DNA from: a bacterium
Lineage (GTDB): Bacteria > UBA10199 > 2-02-FULL-50-16 > JAJFLM01
Direction of reading: 5' to 3'
Assembly: GCA_965216315.1 (NCBI GenBank)
Contig: CBDCFN010000016.1
Coordinates: 864,001-928,000, forward strand
Length of the DNA: 64,000 nt
The first letter of the stretch is position 1; every line of letters begins with the position of its first letter. The notes below the pieces were generated by a model. It was not told where the DNA came from. It ran no database searches and worked only from the letters and a program-made list of their open reading frames with translations. The translations under genes and the position numbers were made by a program. Of this stretch, positions 38,394-47,594 are shown one piece after another.

Positions 38394-39215
38394 ATGACGA
38401 CACCGAATATGAGTTTTGACGGCGAGGCGATCGCTAAGGGTTACGACGACTATCTGGTGCCGGTCATGTTCGATCCGTGGGCAGAGCGATTGATTGAGCG
38501 TGTTCCCCCTCACGCTGGGGCGACGGTACTGGATTTGGCCACCGGAACGGGGATTGTTGCAAAAAAATTGGCCGAGCGACTCGGGGTGGATGGGAAAATC
38601 TACGGAGTTGATCTGAACACAGCGATGATGCGGTTGGCGAAAGAACGCTGCGCTGATATTTCCTGCGCCATCGAATTCGTCGAAAGCTCAGCTGAAGCCA
38701 TTGACCTGCCCGATGCTTCCGTTGATTATGTCTATTGTCAGCAAGGGTTTCAGTTTTTTCCGGACAAGCAGGCGGCTGCGCGAGAAATCTATCGCTTATT
38801 GCGGCCGGGAGGTCGGGCGATTCTCACGACCTGGTTGCCGCTTTCAGAGTGCCCCTTTTTTGGGGCGATTTGTACTGCCTTAAACGAATGTGATGAGCCG
38901 GATATTGCGGCTATCATGGCGAGGCCTTTTGATCATATGCCGGCTGATGAACTGCGGCAGCCTTTTGACGCACAACCATTTGCCAAGGTGCAATTGGAGC
39001 AAGATGTGCGTGAGATGTGCATTACAGGGGGGATCGAAAGGGCCTATCAAACCGTCTTTGGGACGCCCATCGCACCCCTGTTGGAGGCGTTGCCGAATGT
39101 GAAACAAGAGGCCTTTCGGAACGCCATGCTCGGTCAGCTGGAGAAATTGCGTGGTGAGGATGGGATCACTTACGGTCACTTGGTAACCCACGTGCTCATT
39201 GCTGAAAAGGGCTAG
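38394..39215 (+). CDS. Class I SAM-dependent methyltransferase
   Basis: VLDLATGTG, GVDLN, CQQGFQFFPD, LLRPGG. Confidence 0.9.
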   Translation: MTTPNMSFDGEAIAKGYDDYLVPVMFDPWAERLIERVPPHAGATVLDLATGTGIVAKKLAERLGVDGKIYGVDLNTAMMRLAKERCADISCAIEFVESSAEAIDLPDASVDYVYCQQGFQFFPDKQAAAREIYRLLRPGGRAILTTWLPLSECPFFGAICTALNECDEPDIAAIMARPFDHMPADELRQPFDAQPFAKVQLEQDVREMCITGGIERAYQTVFGTPIAPLLEALPNVKQEAFRNAMLGQLEKLRGEDGITYGHLVTHVLIAEKG

Positions 39216-39296
39216 TCGGTGTCTGTTGCCGAGGTAGAGAAAATCTACCTGGAAGCCAGTTGATCTGCTACAATCGGAGGCCGGAGGTACCCGGTC

Positions 39297-39800
39297 ATGA
39301 AGCACGGCATTCATCTCGTCCTCGCGGCATTCATCTTGACGGTCATCCCTGGTAGGCTGTGCCAAGCTGATCTAACGCTATTTAAGAAAGAGGCGGTCAT
39401 AGCAGCCATCAAAACGACTCAGCCTAATCAACGTTATTGTAGCAGTCCCGCCGAGTTTGTTCCCGAGACTGAATGCAAGTATAAGTTTACAGGTAAAATT
39501 GTCGGGCTTGAGATCTCGATGGAGGGGGTTCAAAAAAATATCGATTGCGTGGCCTACATTAGGACGCCGGACAATAAGTTAGTGAAGGGAACCGTGAGCA
39601 ATTTTGTATCGGGATCGCCTCCGGGTGAAGAACGCTGTGCATTGTTGAGGACCGGATTTAGTAGAGAAGACTCTGCCGAAATTACAATCTATTACTATAG
39701 TGTCGAGCTCGGTAGCACTGAGCCTTATCAGGAAATAATCGACGTGGGGCTCTTTAAGGGCGGTAAAAGTGCAGTAAAGTCTTTGCCGATGGCCTGGTAA
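39297..39800 (+). CDS. Secreted hypothetical protein
   Basis: Signal-peptide-like N-terminus, GGAGG RBS, four Cys in the mature part. Confidence 0.6.
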   Translation: MKHGIHLVLAAFILTVIPGRLCQADLTLFKKEAVIAAIKTTQPNQRYCSSPAEFVPETECKYKFTGKIVGLEISMEGVQKNIDCVAYIRTPDNKLVKGTVSNFVSGSPPGEERCALLRTGFSREDSAEITIYYYSVELGSTEPYQEIIDVGLFKGGKSAVKSLPMAW

Positions 39801-39828
39801 GAGTGCCGCATTTCTACCTGTGTCCTGT

Positions 39829-40284
39829 CTATGCTTGATACAACTCCATCGCCTTTTCACGTTCCATTACACTCGCCTCGATCTTGATGTGCCCCCAACC
39901 GCCGCTGCAAACACCGACATCAAAGCAACCGGCATGTCTAAAGGCGAGTTTATTAGGATTAATGCCCGCATACCATAGCTCCTGAATACCGAAGATGGCC
40001 TGGGTCATCACCGGCAAAATATAGGCACAGACTTTGGAGGGTGCCATCTTGCTGATCAGGTTTCCGTCTCCGGAAAAAAAGAAGCGAGTTCCTACCGTAT
40101 GCTGACTGTTGCATGCATTTGATTCAATGACTTCGAATATGATGGTCTTATTTTTCATGTCCGGAGCCACAGCCATCACCTTGGCGTTGCGCGGGTTGTT
40201 CTTAAATTGCTCGATTTCGACGTCTGAATAATTAAGGTGCTGTTTCATTAGTTCCCAGAGCTGGTCTGGAATTTGATCGGCCAT
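39829..40284 (-). CDS. Cys-containing protein, TIGR04076-like
   Basis: EVIESNACNSQHTVGTRF, KVCAY, GCFDVG pattern; GAGGAGG RBS before ATG 40284. Confidence 0.6.
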   Translation of the reverse strand: MADQIPDQLWELMKQHLNYSDVEIEQFKNNPRNAKVMAVAPDMKNKTIIFEVIESNACNSQHTVGTRFFFSGDGNLISKMAPSKVCAYILPVMTQAIFGIQELWYAGINPNKLAFRHAGCFDVGVCSGGWGHIKIEASVMEREKAMELYQA

Positions 40285-40319
40285 AGAAACCTCCTCTTGA
40301 CTTTTTATTTGGATCAATA

Positions 40320-40337
40320 TATTTCGTATGCAAACTA
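40320..40337. promoter_or_regulatory. MarR-type operator candidate
   Basis: Imperfect palindrome TATTTCGTATGCAAACTA immediately before the marR ATG, in the short divergent intergenic. Confidence 0.45.
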
Positions 40338-40338
40338 A

Positions 40339-40800
40339 ATGTCCAGTGAAATCTCTACAATTAAACCCGTCGAGTGTCCTTATTATCTGGTTTCGCGTGT
40401 GAATCTCGTAGTGGCGGCCGCACTCAAGCGAGAACTAGCCGAAGCAGGGGTGGAACAAGTCAAACCCGCGTATCTGGGGGTGCTGATGTGTCTTTGGCGT
40501 GAGGATGGGCTGAAGGGTATTGAATTGGGAAGTAGGGCCGGCCTTGAACCGTCGACGATGACGGGTTTGATTGATCGCATGGAGCGCGATGGTCTCGTGG
40601 TACGGAAGTCGAGCCCGAGTGACCGGCGGGTCCAGCTCATCTATTTAACCGCCCAGGGAAAGCGCGTGCGCAAACCCGTCGAGGTCCTGCTCGATCGGGC
40701 ACTCCCTAAAGTTTTTAAGGGCATCACTAAGCGTGACCTTGCGTTTACGAAGGATGTGCTGCGCCAAATCCTGGAAAATGCAGATAGTCACAAATCGTAA
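40339..40800 (+). CDS. MarR-family regulator
   Basis: STMTGLIDRMERDGLV.R..S.SDRR...IYLT.QG. Confidence 0.92.
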   Translation: MSSEISTIKPVECPYYLVSRVNLVVAAALKRELAEAGVEQVKPAYLGVLMCLWREDGLKGIELGSRAGLEPSTMTGLIDRMERDGLVVRKSSPSDRRVQLIYLTAQGKRVRKPVEVLLDRALPKVFKGITKRDLAFTKDVLRQILENADSHKS

Positions 40801-40825
40801 CTTTAACTGCTTAAGGGGGTCTATC

Positions 40826-41608
40826 ATGGACGATGTTATAAAAACCGAATGCCGTAAACAGGTAATGGAAATTGTTCTCAATAGACCTGAATCGTTGAAT
40901 GCGATGAGTATTCCGCTCATCGAAGGTTTGTTAAGCGCCGTTGAACGGGCCGAGAATCCAGATGTACGGGCGGTGTTGATTCGCGGTGAGGGGAGGGGGT
41001 TTTGTTCAGGGGGAGATATTGCGTTTTTTAAAGAAGTAATTGAGGAGGGCAAGGGTGTTCCGCGCAATATGCCCGATGATTTGCACCAAATGATCGAGAA
41101 TTTGCGGGCTCTTTCCAAGCCGGTGATTGCCGCCGTCCATGGTCCCGCGGCCGGTGCGGGAATGAGTTTGATGCTGGCCTGTGATCTCGCCTTGGCTTCG
41201 GATAATGCTGTGTTCAATCTGGCCTACGTCGGGATTGGGTTGTCGCCGGATGGGGGCTCTTCCTATTTTCTCCCGCGACACTTAGGAGTTAAGCGGGCGA
41301 TGGAGACCTTTCTGATGCCGCGTAGCGTCTCCGCTCAAGAGGCATGTGAGTTGGGGCTGATCAATCGCGTTGTGCCGGCAGACAAACTGTTGAATGAAAG
41401 TCGCGCCTTGGCGCAGCAACTAGCACAAGGCCCGACCACGGCTTTTGGAAATGTAAAAAAGTTAGTGCAGCAATCCTTCGCCAACTCTATCCACGACCAA
41501 TTAGCTCTCGAAACCGATTTCATCTGCTCGACCAGCCAGACCGAGGACTTTCAAGCAGGAGTGTCGGCCTTTCTAGCTAAAGAAAAGCCCCGCTTTGTGG
41601 GCAAGTAA
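40826..41608 (+). CDS. Enoyl-CoA hydratase/isomerase (PaaG-like)
   Basis: LNRPESLNA, FCSGGDI, GPAAGAG, IGLSPDGG, EKPRFVGK; start ATG 40826. Confidence 0.9.
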   Translation: MDDVIKTECRKQVMEIVLNRPESLNAMSIPLIEGLLSAVERAENPDVRAVLIRGEGRGFCSGGDIAFFKEVIEEGKGVPRNMPDDLHQMIENLRALSKPVIAAVHGPAAGAGMSLMLACDLALASDNAVFNLAYVGIGLSPDGGSSYFLPRHLGVKRAMETFLMPRSVSAQEACELGLINRVVPADKLLNESRALAQQLAQGPTTAFGNVKKLVQQSFANSIHDQLALETDFICSTSQTEDFQAGVSAFLAKEKPRFVGK

Positions 41609-41812
41609 TGTTCGTGTTTCCATTCGATTGGTTAGCGGATAATGCGCGACATAGTTTTCTAGAACATTACCAGGAAACGAGCGACGTCAGTGAGTCTTTT
41701 ATGCGCCTAGAGGCGGTGGAAACGTGGGAAGATCTCTTAGTATGGGGTGGTTAGGAAAAACGCAATCCGTCGGTCTGGTGTTTCTCGGTTAGATATGAGA
41801 CAGTGACCGCCC

Positions 41813-42355
41813 ATGGATGATCAATCGCTGGAAAATCTCGTTCAGGCCGTACGCGACCAACACAGTCTGACCTGTCCCAAGTGCAAGAGTGAACTTTATG
41901 TTGTCTATCACGAGGATGTGGAGATCGACACATGCAAGCAGTGCAGCGGGGCGTGGGTCGAGCACATGACCGAGACGATGCTGTTGCGCAATCGCCCGGC
42001 GGGACTTTCCATTGATGAATTAAAGCGTCTCCGCAAAATATATCAACCCCTCGGTAAACTTGATGAGGTGCGCTATTTGCCGTGTCCGGTCTGCGACCAG
42101 ATGATGACCCGCAAGAATTGGGGAGCATCGTCGGGAGTGATTGTCGATCGCTGTGAGCTTCATGGCACCTGGTATGATGACCGGGAGCTGGATAAGATCA
42201 AAGAGTTTGTCCGGCTAGGCGGAATGGAATATGAAAAACTGATGGAACCGCGTAAGGACATGCAACGTTTGACGACCAAGCTCCATCACGAGGTCGAGCG
42301 CCTTGACAATAAGATCCTCCACGCCCGCCTGATGAATTTTTTCTTTGATTTGTAA
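41813..42355 (+). CDS. Double zinc-ribbon (zf-TFIIB-like) protein
   Basis: CPKC..IDTCKQCSGAW and CPVC..VDRCELHGTWYD..EL. Confidence 0.8.
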   Translation: MDDQSLENLVQAVRDQHSLTCPKCKSELYVVYHEDVEIDTCKQCSGAWVEHMTETMLLRNRPAGLSIDELKRLRKIYQPLGKLDEVRYLPCPVCDQMMTRKNWGASSGVIVDRCELHGTWYDDRELDKIKEFVRLGGMEYEKLMEPRKDMQRLTTKLHHEVERLDNKILHARLMNFFFDL

Positions 42356-42451
42356 GCTCTGATTTCCCCTTGTTTCAGCTGCTATTTTCAAGGACAATAT
42401 AGAGAGACAACACCTGATCCCTGCTGGGTTTATGTAGAGGAGGTAGCTGGT

Positions 42452-43330
42452 ATGTGTCGTTTCGTTGTTGCTTTCTTTAGTCTAGGTCTATTGTTCTTGC
42501 CCGCCGGCGTTCAAGCCGCTAACGCCAATCTATTCATCGATGTACTCGATTCGGATACCGACACCGAGTTTGGGGGGGCACAGGTTGTTGAGGTCGTCAT
42601 CATCGATGCGGACAAAAAAGACACGGACAAGCCGGTTGGAGAGCCGGATGTTACCGCGAATGGCAAAGATATCCGGATGGCGCAGTCGGATGACGGGGAT
42701 TGGTATGGCTATATAGCCGATGACATGGAGGCGCAGGATGCCGATGAAGCGGAAGACCCGGACTTCGGGGTGTTTTGCAGCCGTACGACGGCTACAGGAG
42801 TATTGGGCGACGGGAGTACGGTAGGCAACGGTCTGGGGTTTAACGACACGAATGGCGTCGCTGTTGCACGAATCGGGAGTCTGCAAGGCTGGAGCAATGG
42901 CGTTGAAGCTTTCAATGCCTGTACTGGAACGCCGGGAGCGACCTTGCTCTTGAATGAGGCTGTGACGGACCCTCCAGACCTCAATACTTTCGGTAGCCTT
43001 CCCATCGGGCAGATCGGCGTTGATCTCAATGTTTGGCCCTTGGTGCAGCTATATAACTTCAATGTAGGGGTCAACGTAGTGATTCAATACAGTAAAGGTG
43101 GGGGGACGCAGACGCAGACCTTAGCGTACGTCGAAACGCCGCCGGACCCTCCTGATCCAGGGGATGATGATGGAACGGGCGACGGCGGTGACTCTGGAGC
43201 TGATACGGGCGGTGATTCGGGTGCGGAGAGTGGAGTCGACTCGGAAACCGAGAGCGCGGGGAATACGGAATCGAATAGCGAGAACGGCGGCGATTCGAAT
43301 GCCGCGGGTGGCTGTTCGCTACTTCGTTAA
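42452..43330 (+). CDS. Secreted acidic surface protein with Gly/Asp/Ser linker and C-terminal GGCSLLR
   Basis: Signal peptide (VQA-ANANLF), GGAGG RBS, low-complexity GGDSGA repeats. Confidence 0.8.
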   Translation: MCRFVVAFFSLGLLFLPAGVQAANANLFIDVLDSDTDTEFGGAQVVEVVIIDADKKDTDKPVGEPDVTANGKDIRMAQSDDGDWYGYIADDMEAQDADEAEDPDFGVFCSRTTATGVLGDGSTVGNGLGFNDTNGVAVARIGSLQGWSNGVEAFNACTGTPGATLLLNEAVTDPPDLNTFGSLPIGQIGVDLNVWPLVQLYNFNVGVNVVIQYSKGGGTQTQTLAYVETPPDPPDPGDDDGTGDGGDSGADTGGDSGAESGVDSETESAGNTESNSENGGDSNAAGGCSLLR

Positions 43331-43337
43331 ATTTTGG

Positions 43338-44705
43338 CTACTCGCACACCTCATTACGGCAGACTTGTCCTTCCGCACAGTCGCTGTCTTGCGTACAGCT
43401 GGTTGAGCGGACGGGGAGGGCATGGTGGATGACCGTATCCATTATCTGATACTCTTCCTCTTTCTCGATCGGTACCGCTTCCATTTCGACGGTCGAGGCC
43501 GCTTCGTAAGTCCGCGGCATGCAGGTCGGCGAAAAATCATCATAGGTCTCAGAGCTCAAACGCTGCAATGCCGAACCGTCCGGGTTGATCATGTAGATAC
43601 TGCGTGATGGCATTCGACCGGGTTCGCGTGGTAACCCGAAAGAAAAGAAAATCTTTTGATTGTCGTGTGACCAACAGGGCGACGCGTAGTTCCCATTGAC
43701 GAGCGTCGCGTTTTCGATCATGCGAATATTACCGCAGAGGTAGTCACCGTTTCGACTCATGCCGGGTGAAACGCTCAATTCGCAGGTCCAAAGGCGATCA
43801 CGTATTCCGTCGTGGCGCACGAAAACGAGGCGGTTGCCATTCGGGCTAACGGCGACGTCTTTGCCCTCGATGGCTTCAGTGCTATGGGATGATGCGGAAT
43901 GATCTTTGAGGGGAACCAATTCACCGCTTTCGGCATCGACGACAAAGAGCCGATCCGTATCATCGCGAACGGTACGCGTACGCCCCGACTCAATTACGGT
44001 ATAGCTCCCGCGCTTAACCGACACGATCAGTTTATTGAACCAGGGATGGGCCGTATCGCGTATCGGCATCCAGCTTATTCGCCCCAAGGTACGTGTATCT
44101 GCCGAATCATCGCTGACGAGTATGGGTGGCGCTTCGGTGGTGATTGTATAGGGAAGTTCATCGAGGATGCGTATTACCGGATCGCGTCCGCTCGTATTTG
44201 TCGTCACCATGGCAAATTGTTGCCGTGGTCCCCAGGTTGGGTAGTGGGGGGTGAACTGATTACGAAAATGATACAGCGGAATCGATCCGCCCCCATTCAG
44301 TTTCCATACGGTTAAATACGATACGAGCTGTGCTCTGGATGCGTCGGTTTCGATAGCGACGATTTCCGATTGGGCATTGGCCGCCAATGAGCCGTAATGG
44401 AGGGTGTTTAACGTGTTTGGTGTCAGTTGACGCACGGAGGCGGGGGAGCACGTATCCGCATAAAATATATTTTTCACGTTGTGCTCGCGTCGTGAGATGA
44501 AGGCGTAATTGTAGCACTGCTGCTCCAGGGCAGCACGTCCCGGAAAGAAACGAGATCCCATTCGAGGCGTTTGTAGGAGATTGTGCGGAATCATCTGGGG
44601 CCGAACCAGCTGCAGTGACTTGCCGCCTGTAGGCGGCTCGGCTTGAATGACAGGGGTAAATGAACAGGAAAGCAAGAGAACGAACAGGAATGTGAGTTGT
44701 TTCAT
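43338..44705 (-). CDS. Secreted TolB-like (PD40) beta-propeller with Cys-rich C-terminal module
   Basis: AVSPNGNRLVF, SPCWSHDNQKIFF, IYMINPDGSALQRL; tail CTQDSDCAEGQVCRNEVCE. Confidence 0.7.
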   Translation of the reverse strand: MKQLTFLFVLLLSCSFTPVIQAEPPTGGKSLQLVRPQMIPHNLLQTPRMGSRFFPGRAALEQQCYNYAFISRREHNVKNIFYADTCSPASVRQLTPNTLNTLHYGSLAANAQSEIVAIETDASRAQLVSYLTVWKLNGGGSIPLYHFRNQFTPHYPTWGPRQQFAMVTTNTSGRDPVIRILDELPYTITTEAPPILVSDDSADTRTLGRISWMPIRDTAHPWFNKLIVSVKRGSYTVIESGRTRTVRDDTDRLFVVDAESGELVPLKDHSASSHSTEAIEGKDVAVSPNGNRLVFVRHDGIRDRLWTCELSVSPGMSRNGDYLCGNIRMIENATLVNGNYASPCWSHDNQKIFFSFGLPREPGRMPSRSIYMINPDGSALQRLSSETYDDFSPTCMPRTYEAASTVEMEAVPIEKEEEYQIMDTVIHHALPVRSTSCTQDSDCAEGQVCRNEVCE

Positions 44706-44843
44706 GGCTCGATTTTACCGTTATATAAAGGTTTCTGCAAGTTGCGTGCGCCGGTTGGGTTTAATGTGTTGCTGAATTTGTTTGTTTTTCCGCAGGACCT
44801 ATCTTAAGAGGTTTAAAGCAGTTATAATTAAGTTTGAGGAACT

Positions 44844-45998
44844 ATGAGCGGAGAAACTTCAAAAGGTCGTAACTGGGTGAATACCCTCTTCTTTTTTATC
44901 ACACCGGTTGCTGCCGTCGTAGTGACTATCTTCTATTTGCGCGCGGGTCCCGTCCCGATGTCAACGTGGCTACTGATGGCTTTTTTCATGCTTGCCTGTC
45001 CGCTCTCGATTACGGCGGGCTATCATCGGCTCTTTTCACATCGCACTTATCAGGCGCGCTGGCCGGTCCGACTGTTTTTCGTCCTCTTTGGTGGCGCCTG
45101 TTTCCAGGGTTCCGTGATTTGGTGGAGCAAGGAACATCGGGTGCATCACCGTTATGAAGATACGGATCAAGATCCCTACGGCATTCAAAAAGGTTTTTGG
45201 TATGCGCACCTGGGTTGGCTCCTTGAGAAGCGTGAAGAAGCCAGCGACCGCAACGTGCCGGATCTCATATCGGATCGCATGCTAGTCATTCAAAATCGGT
45301 ATTATCTTCCCTTGGCCATTGGGGTCGGTTTTCTGTTGCCGGCGGCGATTGCCGCGTTGTGGGGTGATTGGTGGGGTGGCTTTATCTTTGCGGGGCTTGT
45401 GCGGATGGTGATTGTGCATCACTCGACCTTTTGCATTAATTCCGTTTGTCATTTCTTTGGAAAAAAGACCTATTCACATCAACTCACAGCGCGCGACAGT
45501 TGGATGGCCGCCTTGCTGACTTATGGTGAGGGGTATCATAATTTCCATCACATGTTTGAGGGGGATTATCGCAATGGGATCCGTGCCTATCATTGGGATC
45601 CGACCAAGTGGTTGATTCGCACACTGAATGGTCTTGGTTTTGCGAAAAACTTGCACCGTATCAGTGCCAAACGCATTTTAGCGGCGCGTCTTAAGAATGA
45701 AGAACGTTTTTTGATGGACGCATTGAGCCGATATTCAGACCGTGCTCATGAGCAGGCTCTGGCCCTCATGCTAAGTTCAAAACGGCAGCTCCAACAGACA
45801 CATACTCGCTGGTTGCAGCTGAAAGCGGAATACCAAGCGCTAAAACATCAACAGCAGATTTCTATGAAGTCACGTCTCAAGCAACTCAAGGAAGACGTCC
45901 GGCAAGCGCGTCGCGAATTTCAGCAGGCGCGTGAGACGTGGTGCCAGTTGCTGAAGGAAACAACCTATACGTCAAAAATCACTGTTCCAAGCACGTAG
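44844..45998 (+). CDS. Delta-9 acyl-lipid/acyl-CoA fatty acid desaturase with coiled-coil tail
   Basis: His boxes HRLFSH, HRVHH, HNFHH; TAGYHR, GEGYHN, WDPTKW. Confidence 0.93.
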   Translation: MSGETSKGRNWVNTLFFFITPVAAVVVTIFYLRAGPVPMSTWLLMAFFMLACPLSITAGYHRLFSHRTYQARWPVRLFFVLFGGACFQGSVIWWSKEHRVHHRYEDTDQDPYGIQKGFWYAHLGWLLEKREEASDRNVPDLISDRMLVIQNRYYLPLAIGVGFLLPAAIAALWGDWWGGFIFAGLVRMVIVHHSTFCINSVCHFFGKKTYSHQLTARDSWMAALLTYGEGYHNFHHMFEGDYRNGIRAYHWDPTKWLIRTLNGLGFAKNLHRISAKRILAARLKNEERFLMDALSRYSDRAHEQALALMLSSKRQLQQTHTRWLQLKAEYQALKHQQQISMKSRLKQLKEDVRQARREFQQARETWCQLLKETTYTSKITVPST

Positions 45999-46700
45999 TG
46001 CCCAGTTGAAACTGGGTTCTGCCGCTTCTTCAGTGAATTCAACGTAGAATTTTTGTTCCCAGCTTCGTTGGCTGCGCTCGATGCATGCATCGTCTTGAGC
46101 GGAAAGAACAACGGCGAGATAGTGTGTTTTTTCGCCGTCCGCGCCACCTCGCGTCCGCGCGCCCGAGAGATAGCTCGGGTGATTGTCTATCAGATCGTTT
46201 ACGACGTTCATGGGTATGTTATAGGAGAATCTACAAGACCTGTAAGCTCCACTGCCGACTGGAGTCAATGTCTGAGTCTGCCACGGGATGTCCCGATTAG
46301 ACATGCCGGGGATCGTCGCCTTGAATTTGATTTTTGCAGTGACCCGGCTGCAATCGCCATCCGTTGTGCTCAGGTAAAAGTCACCTGTCAGTTCGGATAT
46401 ATCGGTCAACTGCGCTACGTCTATTTCCGGGACTGCATGAAAATTGGTAACGCAGCTAAGATTCGAACTCCAATCCCAGCTATAGGGCCCCAGTTGAGCA
46501 CTGTACGACGCATTTTGACGAGCGTGAATGCAGCGTATTGCCGACACCGGATTTAAACGGTGCGAGAAATCCTCTATAACCTTTATGGATGTATCGGGCG
46601 AAAGAGGTATCTTGGTAAATTTCGATTGCGCTATGGATGTCTCGCTTAGTAAGCACGCTGCGCTTGCCGCCAACAAAACAAGAAAAAGTCGTATTTTCAT
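45972..46700 (-). CDS. Secreted hypothetical protein
   Basis: Signal peptide MKIRLFLVLLAASAACLLSETSIA; GGAGG RBS. Confidence 0.6.
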   Translation of the reverse strand: MKIRLFLVLLAASAACLLSETSIAQSKFTKIPLSPDTSIKVIEDFSHRLNPVSAIRCIHARQNASYSAQLGPYSWDWSSNLSCVTNFHAVPEIDVAQLTDISELTGDFYLSTTDGDCSRVTAKIKFKATIPGMSNRDIPWQTQTLTPVGSGAYRSCRFSYNIPMNVVNDLIDNHPSYLSGARTRGGADGEKTHYLAVVLSAQDDACIERSQRSWEQKFYVEFTEEAAEPSFNWALRAWNSDF

Positions 46701-46835
46701 AGTGGCCTCCTAGCTGCCTCTATTGTCGTGCAATAGCTGTGCCAAAGGCGAGTAGGTGTACTGTGAAAAATAACAATATTTATCAGTAGGTTATATGAGC
46801 ATACCGCAATATTGCGCGGCTATTTTGTTATCAAT

Positions 46836-46852
46836 ATGAGAATTATTCTCAT
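46836..46852. promoter_or_regulatory. Fur-type box
   Basis: Perfect inverted repeat ATGAGAAT-T-ATTCTCAT between the divergent secreted-protein and globin genes. Confidence 0.7.
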
Positions 46853-47008
46853 TATGATAAAAAGGCGGCAATTCCTGTGCGTTCTCTTGTTGCGCTGACT
46901 ATGTTTTCACGAATACGGTTGAGTTTCAATTTAGGACTCAACATAATCTCAACTCGCTTGCTAACGGGTGTTTATTAGAGGGACACATCATCACAAAGGA
47001 GAAATGAT

Positions 47009-47491
47009 ATGGGAGTTTCACGTTTACGTTTTAGTGCTATTAACTTTATTTTGATCACAGCATTAATTACGGTCTTTGGAACATCCTCTTCTGTTGCCGA
47101 AGAGAAAAAGGAGAAATCTCTCTATGAACGGTTGGGTGGTGTCTACAGTATTGCTACGGTCGTTGATGACTTTATCGAGCGGGTCCTGGTCAATGACATC
47201 CTCAATGCAAATCCGGCCATTGACAAGGCCAGAACTCTCGTCCCCAAGGCCGGGCTTAAACATCGTGTGACTGAGTTGGTTTGTCAGTCGACGGGTGGAC
47301 CGGAAAAATACAACGGTCGTACGATGAAAGATTCACATAAACATCTGAATATTACCGAAAAAGAATGGCAGGCTATGCTCGATGATTTCAAGAAATCTTT
47401 AGCTAAGTTTAAGGTTCCCGCCAAAGAGCAGGGTGAGTTGATTGCTATCGTTGAGAGTACCAAGAAAGATATTGTCGTGTCGGGTAAATAA
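47009..47491 (+). CDS. Group I truncated hemoglobin with signal peptide
   Basis: SLYERLGG, VVDDF, GGPEKYNGRTMKDSH..LNIT; hydrophobic N-terminal signal. Confidence 0.9.
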   Translation: MGVSRLRFSAINFILITALITVFGTSSSVAEEKKEKSLYERLGGVYSIATVVDDFIERVLVNDILNANPAIDKARTLVPKAGLKHRVTELVCQSTGGPEKYNGRTMKDSHKHLNITEKEWQAMLDDFKKSLAKFKVPAKEQGELIAIVESTKKDIVVSGK

Positions 47492-47554
47492 CGATTGAGC
47501 GAGGGTTTTGCGACTCCGTAAAGTCAACAGCAGTCTTGTCACTGCGAGGATTCC

Positions 47555-47581
47555 GCAACTTTCTCCCTCAATAGTCGAAAC
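47555..47581 (+). promoter_or_regulatory. sigma28/FliA-like promoter
   Basis: GCAACTTT-N11-GTCGAAAC upstream of ATG 47595. Confidence 0.4.
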
Positions 47582-47594
47582 CGGCTTTGTTGCG

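Noticed and set aside
43160..43300. CRISPR or tandem DNA repeat
   Set aside because: Only degenerate GGDSGA-coding low-complexity sequence inside an ORF; no repeat-spacer periodicity was noticed anywhere in the window.
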